Source of the DNA: Flavobacteriales bacterium
GTDB lineage: Bacteria > Bacteroidota > Bacteroidia > Flavobacteriales > BACL11
Reading direction: 5' to 3'
Assembly: GCA_014381465.1 (NCBI GenBank)
Contig: JACNLP010000043.1
Coordinates: 3,010-67,009 of the forward strand
DNA: 64,000 nucleotides
Of the stretch, positions 8,579 to 18,017 are shown in pieces (the first letter of the stretch is position 1; each line of letters begins with the position of its first letter). The notes beneath the pieces were generated by a model. The model saw only the letters and a program-made list of their open reading frames with translations, was not told the origin of the DNA and searched no databases. A program made the translations under genes and the position numbers.

Positions 8579-8593
8579 TTTCATGTGAAACAT

Positions 8594-10462
8594 ATGATTT
8601 TTGAACAGACATACGATATAATTGTAGTAGGTGGCGGGCATGCTGGCTGTGAAGCGGCACATGCTGCTGCTAAATTGGGCTCAAAAGTTTTGCTTATTAC
8701 CCAAAATTTGCAAACCATTGCGCAAATGTCATGCAATCCTGCTATGGGAGGTATTGCAAAAGGACAAATCATAAGAGAAATTGATGCGCTAGGAGGGATG
8801 TCAGGGATTATTACAGATAGTGCCAGCATTCAGTTCAGAATGCTTAATACTTCAAAAGGACCAGCCATGTGGAGCCCAAGAGCACAATGCGATAGAATGA
8901 TTTTTGCCCAAAATTGGAGAATCGCTTTGGAAAAAAATAATAATATCAGTTTTTGGCAAGACACAGTAAATGCGCTAACACATAAAAAAGGGAATGTAAC
9001 TGGTGTCATAACCAATTTAGGTTTTGAAATACAGGCAAAAGCGGTTGTTTTATGTAATGGCACCTTTTTGAGCGGCATTATGCATATTGGGAAACAACAA
9101 TTCTCAGGAGGCAGAATGGGGGAAAGATCCTCAGAAGGAATAACATCTCAGCTTATTGATTTAGGATTTACACATGGGAGAATGAAAACAGGAACCCCTC
9201 CAAGATTAGACAGCAGAACTATTGATTATAGCAAAACCAAAGAGCAAAAGGGGGATATAAACCCAAGTAAATTTTCTTTTTCAAATACTAAAGCTGTAAA
9301 AAACCAACAAAGCTGTTTTATTACTTATACTAATGAGGAGTGTCATAACATTTTAAAAGAGGGTTTTAATCAATCTCCAATGTTTACAGGAAGAATTCAA
9401 GGTTCAGGACCAAGATACTGTCCTTCTATTGAAGAAAAATTGAATCGTTTTGCCGATAAAAATAAGCATCAACTCTTTATTGAGCCAGAAGGAAGAAATA
9501 CAATTGAAATTTATTTAAATGGGTTTTCCACCTCTCTACCGTATCAAGTTCAACTTAAAGCACTTCATAAAATTAAGGGGTTAGAAAAGGTGAAAATGCT
9601 AAGAGCTGGTTATGCAGTTGAGTATGATTATTTCCCGCCTACACAATTAAAACAAACTTTGGAAACAAAATTGATTAAAAATTTATTTTTTTGTGGGCAA
9701 ATAAACGGAACTACTGGTTATGAAGAAGCTGCCGCACAAGGAATAATAGCAGGAATAAATGCCCATCAAAATATATCTAAACTTGAAGCATTTACACTTT
9801 CTAGGTCGGAGGCTTATATTGGTGTTTTAATAGACGATTTAATTACAAAGGGGACTGAAGAGCCCTATAGAATGTTTACTTCTAGAGCAGAATATCGACT
9901 TTTATTAAGACAAGACAATGCGGATGATCGGATTACTGAAATTGGATACAATCTTGGATTAGCAGACAAAGAAAGAGTTGTAGAACTAAAAAAGAAAAGA
10001 GCAAAAAAAGAAAGTTTGTTACATTTTCTGTCAAAGCAAAATATAGAACCCAAAATAATAAATCCAATTTTAAAGAAAAAAGCAAGTGCGGAAATAAGTC
10101 AAAAGAAAAAACTAAAAGACATTTTAGCAAGGCCACATATTAACATGAAGGATTTAAAGTGTGAGAAATTAAAATCTTTTATTAAAGAAAATAATATTGG
10201 AAAACCAGAAATCGAACAAGCCGAAATTCATATAAAATATAATGGCTATATGGATAAAGAAAAGGAAGCGGTTAAAAAAATGTATTCATTGGAAAATATT
10301 AAAATTCCTAAGAATTTCGAATACGATAAATTACATTCTGTTTCTGCTGAGGCAAAAGAGAAACTGAAAAATATTTGTCCTAATTCTATTGGACAAGCAA
10401 CAAGAATAAGTGGAGTTTCCCCCTCAGATATTAATATTTTATTAATCTATATGGGAAGATGA
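8594..10462 (+). CDS. mnmG: tRNA uridine-5-carboxymethylaminomethyl(34) synthesis enzyme MnmG (GidA)
   Basis: [19 protein letters not shown]-binding motif, [10 protein letters not shown], and a full-length GidA-like sequence. Confidence 0.95.
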   Translation: MIFEQTYDIIVVGGGHAGCEAAHAAAKLGSKVLLITQNLQTIAQMSCNPAMGGIAKGQIIREIDALGGMSGIITDSASIQFRMLNTSKGPAMWSPRAQCDRMIFAQNWRIALEKNNNISFWQDTVNALTHKKGNVTGVITNLGFEIQAKAVVLCNGTFLSGIMHIGKQQFSGGRMGERSSEGITSQLIDLGFTHGRMKTGTPPRLDSRTIDYSKTKEQKGDINPSKFSFSNTKAVKNQQSCFITYTNEECHNILKEGFNQSPMFTGRIQGSGPRYCPSIEEKLNRFADKNKHQLFIEPEGRNTIEIYLNGFSTSLPYQVQLKALHKIKGLEKVKMLRAGYAVEYDYFPPTQLKQTLETKLIKNLFFCGQINGTTGYEEAAAQGIIAGINAHQNISKLEAFTLSRSEAYIGVLIDDLITKGTEEPYRMFTSRAEYRLLLRQDNADDRITEIGYNLGLADKERVVELKKKRAKKESLLHFLSKQNIEPKIINPILKKKASAEISQKKKLKDILARPHINMKDLKCEKLKSFIKENNIGKPEIEQAEIHIKYNGYMDKEKEAVKKMYSLENIKIPKNFEYDKLHSVSAEAKEKLKNICPNSIGQATRISGVSPSDINILLIYMGR

Positions 10463-11355
10463 AAAAATTAAAAACCTGCTCTATTTGTAATGAAGGTAGT
10501 TTTACGGTTCTTTTTAGCTGTAAAGACTATTCAACATCAAAAGAAAATTTTACAATTGTTAGTTGTAGTAAATGTAATTTTACTTTTACTAACCCAAGAC
10601 CAACTGATGAGAATTTAGGAAAATATTATGTTTCGGAAAAATACATTTCTCATACAAATACTAGTAAAGGTCTTTTTGAAAGATTGTATCAAATAGTTAG
10701 AAAATATGCTATTCTACAAAAACTAAAGCTAGTTCAAAAACACTCTAAATCAAAAAACCATTTGGATATTGGTTGTGGAACAGGAGAGTTTTTAAATGCT
10801 TGTAAAAATATTGGTTTTAAGACAAGAGGAATTGAGCCTTCAGAAATTGCTAGATTACAAGCAATTAATAATTATAATTTAGAAGTTTCAGAAAATACAG
10901 ATTTGAATCAATTTAATGATAATTCTTTTGAAACTATTACTATGTGGCATGTATTGGAACATGTTCCAAATTTAAACGAAACAATCGAGCAGTTTTCCAG
11001 AATTTTAGAAAAAAATGGAACTGTAATTATAGCTGTTCCTAATCTTAAAAGTTGGGATGCCAACTACTATAAAGAGTATTGGGCAGCTTGGGATGTTCCT
11101 ATTCATCTTTGGCATTTTTCAAAAAATAGTATTCGCTCTCTTTTTAAAAAGCATGGATTTAACTTAGTAAAAGTAAAACCTATGATTTTTGATTCTTTCT
11201 ATGTTTCTGTTTTAAGTGAGGAATATAAATCTGGACGAAAGAAACTTTTGAAAGGATTTACCATTGGCTTAATTTCTAATATAATTGCATTTTTCAGTAA
11301 AAGAGGGCACTCTAGCTCAATTTATGTGTTTAAAAAAGTAAACAGCTTAAAATAA
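10459..11355 (+). CDS. Class I SAM-dependent methyltransferase with an N-terminal Cys4 zinc ribbon
   Basis: CSICNEG...CSKCNF, then the SAM motif [11 protein letters not shown] and WHVLEHVPN. Its ATG overlaps the mnmG stop (ATGA). Confidence 0.8.
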   Translation: MKKLKTCSICNEGSFTVLFSCKDYSTSKENFTIVSCSKCNFTFTNPRPTDENLGKYYVSEKYISHTNTSKGLFERLYQIVRKYAILQKLKLVQKHSKSKNHLDIGCGTGEFLNACKNIGFKTRGIEPSEIARLQAINNYNLEVSENTDLNQFNDNSFETITMWHVLEHVPNLNETIEQFSRILEKNGTVIIAVPNLKSWDANYYKEYWAAWDVPIHLWHFSKNSIRSLFKKHGFNLVKVKPMIFDSFYVSVLSEEYKSGRKKLLKGFTIGLISNIIAFFSKRGHSSSIYVFKKVNSLK

Positions 11356-11501
11356 AGCTCTCTAATGCTTTTTTACTTTGCTCTAGTGCTTTATCATTAA
11401 AATGTTTTGAAAACCGTTTTAGAAAGACTTGTCTAACAGTTTGATTTACAGCTTCTTCTGTTGTTTTTGTTCGTTTTATTAAAAATCTTTATATTTGTAA
11501 T

Positions 11502-12512
11502 ATGAAAAAACCACTTTTCCTTTTCTCTTTTTTGCTAATTATAAACTTTAGCTTTTCGCAATGCCCTGTGCCAACTGGACTTTTTGTTACAAATATCACG
11601 CACAACTCTGTTATTGCAAATTGGACAGCCGTTCAAGGAGCTCATCATTATAGAATTAGAATAAGAGAATTGGGGGCTGCAAATTGGGGGAATTTATTAA
11701 ATATTGACTCCTCAATGACAAGCCGACTCTTACCACTTCTTCAACCACTAACTACTTATGAGTGGAAAATTGAAGCATATTGTGATTCTACGAATCAGCA
11801 AAATTCTGCTTGGTCAGTAATTGATACTTTCACAACTATTGCCTTTGTTCCTGCTCCTTTTAACCCTTTATTATTTTATGGTATGAGTTCTACTTTGTGC
11901 AATATGCATGTTTCTTTTAGCTTAAGAGTGATGCAATCCCAAAATGAACCTGATATAGGTACAAGTGAAATTACTTCTGACGGAGGATCTTTTGATATTT
12001 CTTCAGTAAGTACTGGGGATACGGTTGGAACGGCTGAAATCGCTACCTCAACAGATACCATTATGACAATCTTAACAGTCGGGATAATTACTAGTTCTAA
12101 TAATGCGATTATTTATTCTATTGATACATCAGGTATTGTTGGTTTTTTTACTATTGAAAATATTAGTGGCGGTGGAGTAAAGATTATTTCTTCCTCTCCT
12201 CCTGACAATAACAATTATACAAGTGGCTATAATAGCCTGCTTATTTTTAATAATCTTTTTGTGACCCCTACTTCTCCTGGTATTTTAAGATTTACTGCTG
12301 ATATTGAGTCCGAATTAAATGATCAATTTAACATGATAGATAGTAGTACGGTTATTTTTTGTAATACGGGATTGAATGAAAACACAACAGAGGAGAAAAA
12401 ATTAATAAAAGTTGTGAATATCCTTGGAAAAAATTCTTCTAAAAAGAAAAATACATTGCTTTTCTATATTTATGATGATGGAAAAGTGGAAAAGCAAATT
12501 ATTATTGATTAA
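11502..12512 (+). CDS. Secreted protein with an N-terminal fibronectin-III-like domain and the short conserved C-terminal tail
   Basis: Signal peptide MKKPLFLFSFLLIINFSFSQ. CPVPTGLFVTNITHNSVIANWTAVQGAHHYRIRIR is FN3-like. The tail is NILGKNSSKKKNTLLFYIYDDGKVEKQIIID. Confidence 0.7.
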   Translation: MKKPLFLFSFLLIINFSFSQCPVPTGLFVTNITHNSVIANWTAVQGAHHYRIRIRELGAANWGNLLNIDSSMTSRLLPLLQPLTTYEWKIEAYCDSTNQQNSAWSVIDTFTTIAFVPAPFNPLLFYGMSSTLCNMHVSFSLRVMQSQNEPDIGTSEITSDGGSFDISSVSTGDTVGTAEIATSTDTIMTILTVGIITSSNNAIIYSIDTSGIVGFFTIENISGGGVKIISSSPPDNNNYTSGYNSLLIFNNLFVTPTSPGILRFTADIESELNDQFNMIDSSTVIFCNTGLNENTTEEKKLIKVVNILGKNSSKKKNTLLFYIYDDGKVEKQIIID

Positions 12513-12515
12513 CTG

Positions 12516-12589
12516 TGACCCAGGGAGGATTCGAACCCCCAACCCTCAGAGCCGAAATCTGATATTCTATCCAGTTGAACTACTGGGCC
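12516..12589 (-). tRNA. tRNA-Arg (TCG)
   Basis: The reverse complement GGCCCAGTAGTTCAACTGGATAGAATATCAGATTTCGGCTCTGAGGGTTGGGGGTTCGAATCCTCCCTGGGTCA folds as a cloverleaf. Anticodon stem TCAGA/TCTGA, loop TTTCGGC, T-loop TTCGAAT. Confidence 0.88.
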
Positions 12590-12684
12590 AAGACTGCAAA
12601 AATAACAATCCTTTTTTGCATAAACGACAATTTTTTACTGATTATAAAGTTATCTAATAATATTGCTTTATTATTGTATTTGAT

Positions 12685-15006
12685 ATGAAATTACATTCGT
12701 TAGGGTTATTCTTTTTATTGTGGCTTTTTAGTTCACTATTTGCAAAAGCTCAACTCACTCAAATTGGTGCTTGGCGCGACCATTTGCCTTATCATAATGC
12801 TACTTTTGTGGCTGAGGTTGAAAATAAAATTTATTGCGTTACAGAAAGCGGACTATTTTATTTTGAGAAAGCAGAGGAAAGCATTAATAGGATGTCTAAA
12901 GTAAACGGAATTTCTGATAATGAAGTTGTGAAAATTGCTTACCAACCCAAAAGTAAAACTCTACTTATTGCCTATAAAAACACGAATATTGATTTAATAA
13001 AAAAAGGACAAATTATCAATATTTCTGATATTAAACAAAAACCCATTTTAGGAGAAAAAACCATAAACAATATTTTTTTTCTTGATGATATTGCTTATTT
13101 ATCTTGCCCTTTTGGTTTGGTGGTGTTAGATACAGAAGCAGAAGAAATTTTAGACACTTATAAAATAGGAGAAAATGGAAATTTTGTAGAGATAAATGAC
13201 TGCTGTTTTAGTGAAGATTCTCTTTTTGTAACAACTTCTGATGGTATTTATTCGGCAAGTATTAATGAGGAAAATCTTACTGATTTTCATAATTGGAAAA
13301 AGCAAAGTGATTTTGAAAATGGACTTATTGCCAATAATACATTTAATAATATTGCTTTTTTTGATGGGAATATTTATGCTACCACTACCGATAGTGCTAG
13401 TAATAATGTAGTTATTATCTATAAGAATAACTTATGGAAATTATTTACAAATCCCAGCAACAGCATCCAATCCTTATCTGTGTCTTTTAATCAATTATTT
13501 ATTGTTTCGGATAATGAAATTATTATAGTAAAAAACGATTCTCTTACAGATACAATAACCCAAAATATCTCAAATGCAAAACACGCTATTTATGATATGG
13601 ATGGTAATGTTTGGGTAGCTGATTTTGATAAGGATTTGCTAAAATATACTGCAAATAATTTTGTACAGCAAATTGATCCAAATGGTCCAAGAACAGCTAA
13701 TGTTTTTAAACTTGTTGCAAGCAAAAATGATTTGTGGGTTGCCCCTGGCGGTTATTTTGCAAGTCGTGCAAACATTTGGAATTTTGATGGTGTTTTCTAT
13801 TTCGAAAACAACTCAGAGTGGGACTATAAGAGTGCATCTGAAATTGACGGTACATATGATGTGGTAAGTGTTGTGGTAAACCCTAAAAATAATGCAGAAG
13901 TGTATTTAAGTAGTTGGAATAACGGCATCATAAAACTAGAAAATAAAAACTTTGTTGAAAAATATAATTACCAAAATACCAATGGCGCTTTGGACACTGT
14001 AAGTATTGCAAATGTAAATGGCTGGATTAGAGTTTCTGATTTGTTTTTTGATGATTCTCAGAATTTATGGGGAATTAATTCTCTTGCTCAAAACCCTTTG
14101 GTAGTAAAAACCAAAGATGGGAATTGGCATTCTTTTCGTTTAAATGGAGTTGATGGGCCAAGCACTTATTTTGAAGATTTAGTAGTTGATAATTATGGTC
14201 AGAAATGGGGAATTATAAAAAATTCTGGGCTTTTTGTGTATGATGATAAAGGGACAATTGAGAATATTAATGATGATGAAGTTCAGCTTATTAATAAAAA
14301 TATTGGTAGTGGTAATTTGCCTTCATTGGAAGTCTATTCTTTGGCAGTGGATTTGGAAGGGGAGATATGGGTGGGCACAGATAAGGGAATTACAGTTTTC
14401 TACTCTCCTGAATTGGTGTTTAGTGGCTTCAATTTTGATGCACAACAAATACTTATTCAGCAAGGGGAGTATGGGCAATACTTATTGGATACGGAAACCA
14501 TAAATTGTATAGAGGTAGATGGAGCAAATAGAAAATGGATTGGAACAAATGGCTCTGGTGTTTTCTTGCTTTCTGCAGATGGAACTAAGGAAATTCATCA
14601 TTTTACAACTGAAAATAGCCCTTTGTTTTCAAACAATATAATTGATATTGCTATAAATGAAATTAGTGGAGAAGTATTTATTGGAACTGAAAAAGGTATT
14701 ATTTACTACAGATCAGATGCTACTAAAGGATATAATTCTCACAATAATGTAACTGTTTTCCCAAACCCTGTTAAGGAAAGCTATACTGGAAAAATTGCAA
14801 TTAAGGGGCTTGTAAATAATGCTAATGTAAAGATAACGGACATTAATGGTAATATGGTTTTTGAAAGTTTCGCTCTTGGCGGACAAGCAATTTGGAATGG
14901 CAAAAACCAAAGTGGAAATAGAGCAAGTACTGGAGTTTATTTAGTTTTTAGCAGCAATATTGATGGAGAAGAAACAATGGTAAGTAAAATTCTTTTTATT
15001 CACTAA
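12685..15006 (+). CDS. Double beta-propeller protein with a canonical T9SS C-terminal domain; a PorZ-like T9SS component is a candidate
   Basis: 773 aa with a signal peptide. It has repeated two-component-regulator-propeller-type segments ([29 protein letters not shown]). The C-terminus is [18 protein letters not shown]...GVYLVFS...SKILFIH. Size and architecture match my memory of PorZ. Confidence 0.5.
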   Translation: MKLHSLGLFFLLWLFSSLFAKAQLTQIGAWRDHLPYHNATFVAEVENKIYCVTESGLFYFEKAEESINRMSKVNGISDNEVVKIAYQPKSKTLLIAYKNTNIDLIKKGQIINISDIKQKPILGEKTINNIFFLDDIAYLSCPFGLVVLDTEAEEILDTYKIGENGNFVEINDCCFSEDSLFVTTSDGIYSASINEENLTDFHNWKKQSDFENGLIANNTFNNIAFFDGNIYATTTDSASNNVVIIYKNNLWKLFTNPSNSIQSLSVSFNQLFIVSDNEIIIVKNDSLTDTITQNISNAKHAIYDMDGNVWVADFDKDLLKYTANNFVQQIDPNGPRTANVFKLVASKNDLWVAPGGYFASRANIWNFDGVFYFENNSEWDYKSASEIDGTYDVVSVVVNPKNNAEVYLSSWNNGIIKLENKNFVEKYNYQNTNGALDTVSIANVNGWIRVSDLFFDDSQNLWGINSLAQNPLVVKTKDGNWHSFRLNGVDGPSTYFEDLVVDNYGQKWGIIKNSGLFVYDDKGTIENINDDEVQLINKNIGSGNLPSLEVYSLAVDLEGEIWVGTDKGITVFYSPELVFSGFNFDAQQILIQQGEYGQYLLDTETINCIEVDGANRKWIGTNGSGVFLLSADGTKEIHHFTTENSPLFSNNIIDIAINEISGEVFIGTEKGIIYYRSDATKGYNSHNNVTVFPNPVKESYTGKIAIKGLVNNANVKITDINGNMVFESFALGGQAIWNGKNQSGNRASTGVYLVFSSNIDGEETMVSKILFIH

Positions 15007-15713
15007 TGCTCCAAAAAACAAAGGGTATTTCCCTACATTACTACAAATATTCTGAAAGCTCAGTAATTGCTAAAATTTTTACCCAAGAGTTTGGTTTACA
15101 GTCCATTATTATAAATGGCATAAGACAGAAAAAAGCAAAAGCAAAATTAGGATTCTTGCAACCTTTTACTTTGGTTGATTTAGAACTTTATAAAAAATCA
15201 AAAACAGGATTAAAAAGAATTAAAGAAATTGGAGTTACAAAAGTATTAAAAAGAATTCCTTTTGATATAAGTAGGGGATTATTGGCAGTTTTTATAGCTG
15301 AGGTTTTGCTAAAAGTTTTGGCTGAAGACGAAAAAGACGAACTGCTGTTTAACTATATTGAAACCAGTGTTTCTGAACTTGAAAATACAAATGAAATTCC
15401 AAATACTTATCCTTTAATTTTTCTAATTAAGCTAAGTGCTTATTTAGGATTTTATCCTTCAAAAGAAAATGATGTGCTTCCATTTTTTGATTTGCAAAAC
15501 GGTTGCTTTTCTGAAAAGAAAAATTCACATAATCATTTTATAGATGGGGAAGATTTGCAAAATTTTAAAGCTCTTTTGTTTAATTGGAAGGTAAATATTT
15601 CCTATGGAAATAGAAAAAAAATCCTTTTAATTTTGCTTGACTATTATAAACTGCATCATCATGAATTGAAAAACTTGAAATCGCATAGAGTTATTGAGCA
15701 ATTACGACAATGA
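15006..15713 (+). CDS. recO: DNA repair protein RecO
   Basis: 235 aa. The N-terminus KTKGISLHYYKYSESSVIAKIFTQEFGLQS is typical of Bacteroidota RecO. The start overlaps the upstream stop (TAATG). Confidence 0.8.
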   Translation: MLQKTKGISLHYYKYSESSVIAKIFTQEFGLQSIIINGIRQKKAKAKLGFLQPFTLVDLELYKKSKTGLKRIKEIGVTKVLKRIPFDISRGLLAVFIAEVLLKVLAEDEKDELLFNYIETSVSELENTNEIPNTYPLIFLIKLSAYLGFYPSKENDVLPFFDLQNGCFSEKKNSHNHFIDGEDLQNFKALLFNWKVNISYGNRKKILLILLDYYKLHHHELKNLKSHRVIEQLRQ

Positions 15714-18007
15714 AGAAAATCTTTCTTTTTCTTTTTAGCATCAGTGCAATTTTTTGTTTAGGACAAGAGATTAAAATCTTAGATAGTATGCTAAATACTC
15801 CAATAGAAAATGTAAATTTAATTTGTAAAGAAGTGGGGGTAAGCACCAATAAAAATGGAATGGTAAATATTTCTCTTTTTAAAGAAACGGATAGCATTCA
15901 ATTTACACATTTATCCTATCATAATAAGAAAATCATTTTCTCTGATATTTCTAAAATAGTTTACCTTTCTGCCAAAACAAAAGTACTTCCAACAATTAAT
16001 TTTAAAGAAGCTAAAATACCACTTTTGGGCTGGACTATTATATGCCAAACAAAAAAAACAATCAAAGAAATAGTAAATAAATCTACTGCTGAATTATTAT
16101 CGGTTAATAGCGGAATAACTATTCAGGAAAACCAAGCTGGAGGCGGCAGTCCCAACTTTAGAGGAATGGAAGCTAATCGACTTTTATTGGTGGTTGATGA
16201 CATCCCTTTAAATAATGCAATTTATAGAAGCGGTCATCTGCAAAGCTCTTCTACTATTAACCCTTTTTTTATTGGAAAGGTAAATTTACTTTCTGGACCC
16301 GCATCTGTAGCTTATGGCAATGGGGCAATGGGAGGAGCTTTACTTTTTTACACAAAATCTAACTTGTTTAAAGAAAGTTCCTTGCAGATTCATCAACAAT
16401 ACGAAAGTGCTACAAATGCGGTAATGTTTAATTTTTTATCTAACTACCACGCAAAAAAACTAGCATTTACTTCTGGTTTTTCTATCAAATCTGTTGGGAA
16501 CTTAAAAATGGGCAAAAATAGATTGCACAAATATATAAATTGGGGGAAAGAATCTTTTGCAACAAAAGGGCAGGAACAATTATTTACTTCATTTCAGCAA
16601 GTTGATTTTATGCATAAAATTTTATACCTAATAAATGAAAATAATGGTTTATTAATTAACTCCCAATATTCCACTTCCTCTGACATTAGTCGATTTGATA
16701 AAATGAATGATGAAAAAGATAAAAAACAAAAATATTCTGATTGGTATTACGGACCTCAAAATCGATTTTTACAAAGTATTTCATGGTCAAATGAAAAGGC
16801 AACAATTATTTATGATGGTTTCAAATCTACAATGGCCTATCAAAATGTAAAGGAATCCCGACATCAAAAAAAAACTGAAGAAACCTTGCTTTCCAACAGA
16901 TATGAAAATGTAAATATTTATGATTTTCTATTGGACTTTAACAAGGAAATTGTGGCTGTAAATCTTGCATATGGAATAGGAACACGGCATCAAAATATAA
17001 ATTCCACAGCCAACTTATCGGATAGTAAAAATGCAACTTTTTATAACCCAACGCGCTACCCAAGTGGAGGAAGTACAGTTAACGATTATTTTGCTTACAG
17101 TCAGTTGACTATTCCATTTTCAAAAAAGATAAAAATGTTGCTTGGAGGAAGGCTCAATCAATATGATTTAATAGCAAATTTTACAAATCCTACTTTTAGT
17201 TTTACTAAGGTAAGAAATAAGAATAGCTCTTTTATTAAATCTGCTCTTTTATCCTACAAAATTAGCAGAAACACTACAATTAGCTCCTCTTATTATGGTG
17301 GGTTTCGTAATCCAAATGTGGATGATATAGGAAAAGTTTTTTCAAAAAATGACAAAGATGTTATCGTCCCTAACGATAAGCTTGAACCAGAATATGCTAA
17401 TAATTTAGAACTTACTATTAATTATAAAGCACAAAAATTGCAACTTCAAATTGAGATTTACAATACTAAATTAAGCAATGCTATTAGTAGAGAATATGGT
17501 AGCTTAAATGGTGCGGATAGTATGCTTTATGATGGGGAATTGATGAGGATACAAATGAATAAAAATATAGAATCTGCTACTATTAATGGCATTAGCTTGT
17601 TGGGGAAATTCTACCCAAATAATAGCTTTACTATTAGTGCAAATTGCAATTATCTAAAAGGAAGAAACTCAAACAACAAACCACTTGCTCACATCCCACC
17701 TCTTAATGCAACTGTTTCTTTTGCTTATCTTTATCGTCAGCAGGAAATTGAATTTTACTGCAAATACAATGCTTGGAAAAAGCAAGAAGATTATGATATT
17801 GCTGGAGTAGATAATTTGGAAGAAGCGACAATAGATGGAACGCCAATGTGGTACACCTTAAACCTGCACTATAGCTATAAAATTGATGAAACACTCACTA
17901 TTGGAATTGGTCTAGAAAATATGATGAATATTCATTACAAAACATTTGCTTCTGGAATTAGTGCAAGCGGTAGAAATTTTATCTTATCTTTACATTCCAA
18001 TTTTTAA
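15710..18007 (+). CDS. TonB-dependent outer-membrane receptor
   Basis: Signal peptide, a CarboxypepD_reg-like N-terminus, a plug segment (ITIQENQAGGGSPNFRGMEANRLLLVVDDIPLNN) and a terminal aromatic residue (...LHSNF). The ATG overlaps the recO stop (ATGA). Confidence 0.85.
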   Translation: MKKIFLFLFSISAIFCLGQEIKILDSMLNTPIENVNLICKEVGVSTNKNGMVNISLFKETDSIQFTHLSYHNKKIIFSDISKIVYLSAKTKVLPTINFKEAKIPLLGWTIICQTKKTIKEIVNKSTAELLSVNSGITIQENQAGGGSPNFRGMEANRLLLVVDDIPLNNAIYRSGHLQSSSTINPFFIGKVNLLSGPASVAYGNGAMGGALLFYTKSNLFKESSLQIHQQYESATNAVMFNFLSNYHAKKLAFTSGFSIKSVGNLKMGKNRLHKYINWGKESFATKGQEQLFTSFQQVDFMHKILYLINENNGLLINSQYSTSSDISRFDKMNDEKDKKQKYSDWYYGPQNRFLQSISWSNEKATIIYDGFKSTMAYQNVKESRHQKKTEETLLSNRYENVNIYDFLLDFNKEIVAVNLAYGIGTRHQNINSTANLSDSKNATFYNPTRYPSGGSTVNDYFAYSQLTIPFSKKIKMLLGGRLNQYDLIANFTNPTFSFTKVRNKNSSFIKSALLSYKISRNTTISSSYYGGFRNPNVDDIGKVFSKNDKDVIVPNDKLEPEYANNLELTINYKAQKLQLQIEIYNTKLSNAISREYGSLNGADSMLYDGELMRIQMNKNIESATINGISLLGKFYPNNSFTISANCNYLKGRNSNNKPLAHIPPLNATVSFAYLYRQQEIEFYCKYNAWKKQEDYDIAGVDNLEEATIDGTPMWYTLNLHYSYKIDETLTIGIGLENMMNIHYKTFASGISASGRNFILSLHSNF

Positions 18008-18017
18008 AACCCTACAA

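Noticed and set aside
12424-12657. A 77-aa plus-strand ORF running through the end of the FN3-like gene and across tRNA-Arg.
   Set aside because: It is out of frame with a well-supported CDS and overlaps a clear tRNA cloverleaf on the other strand. It is spurious.
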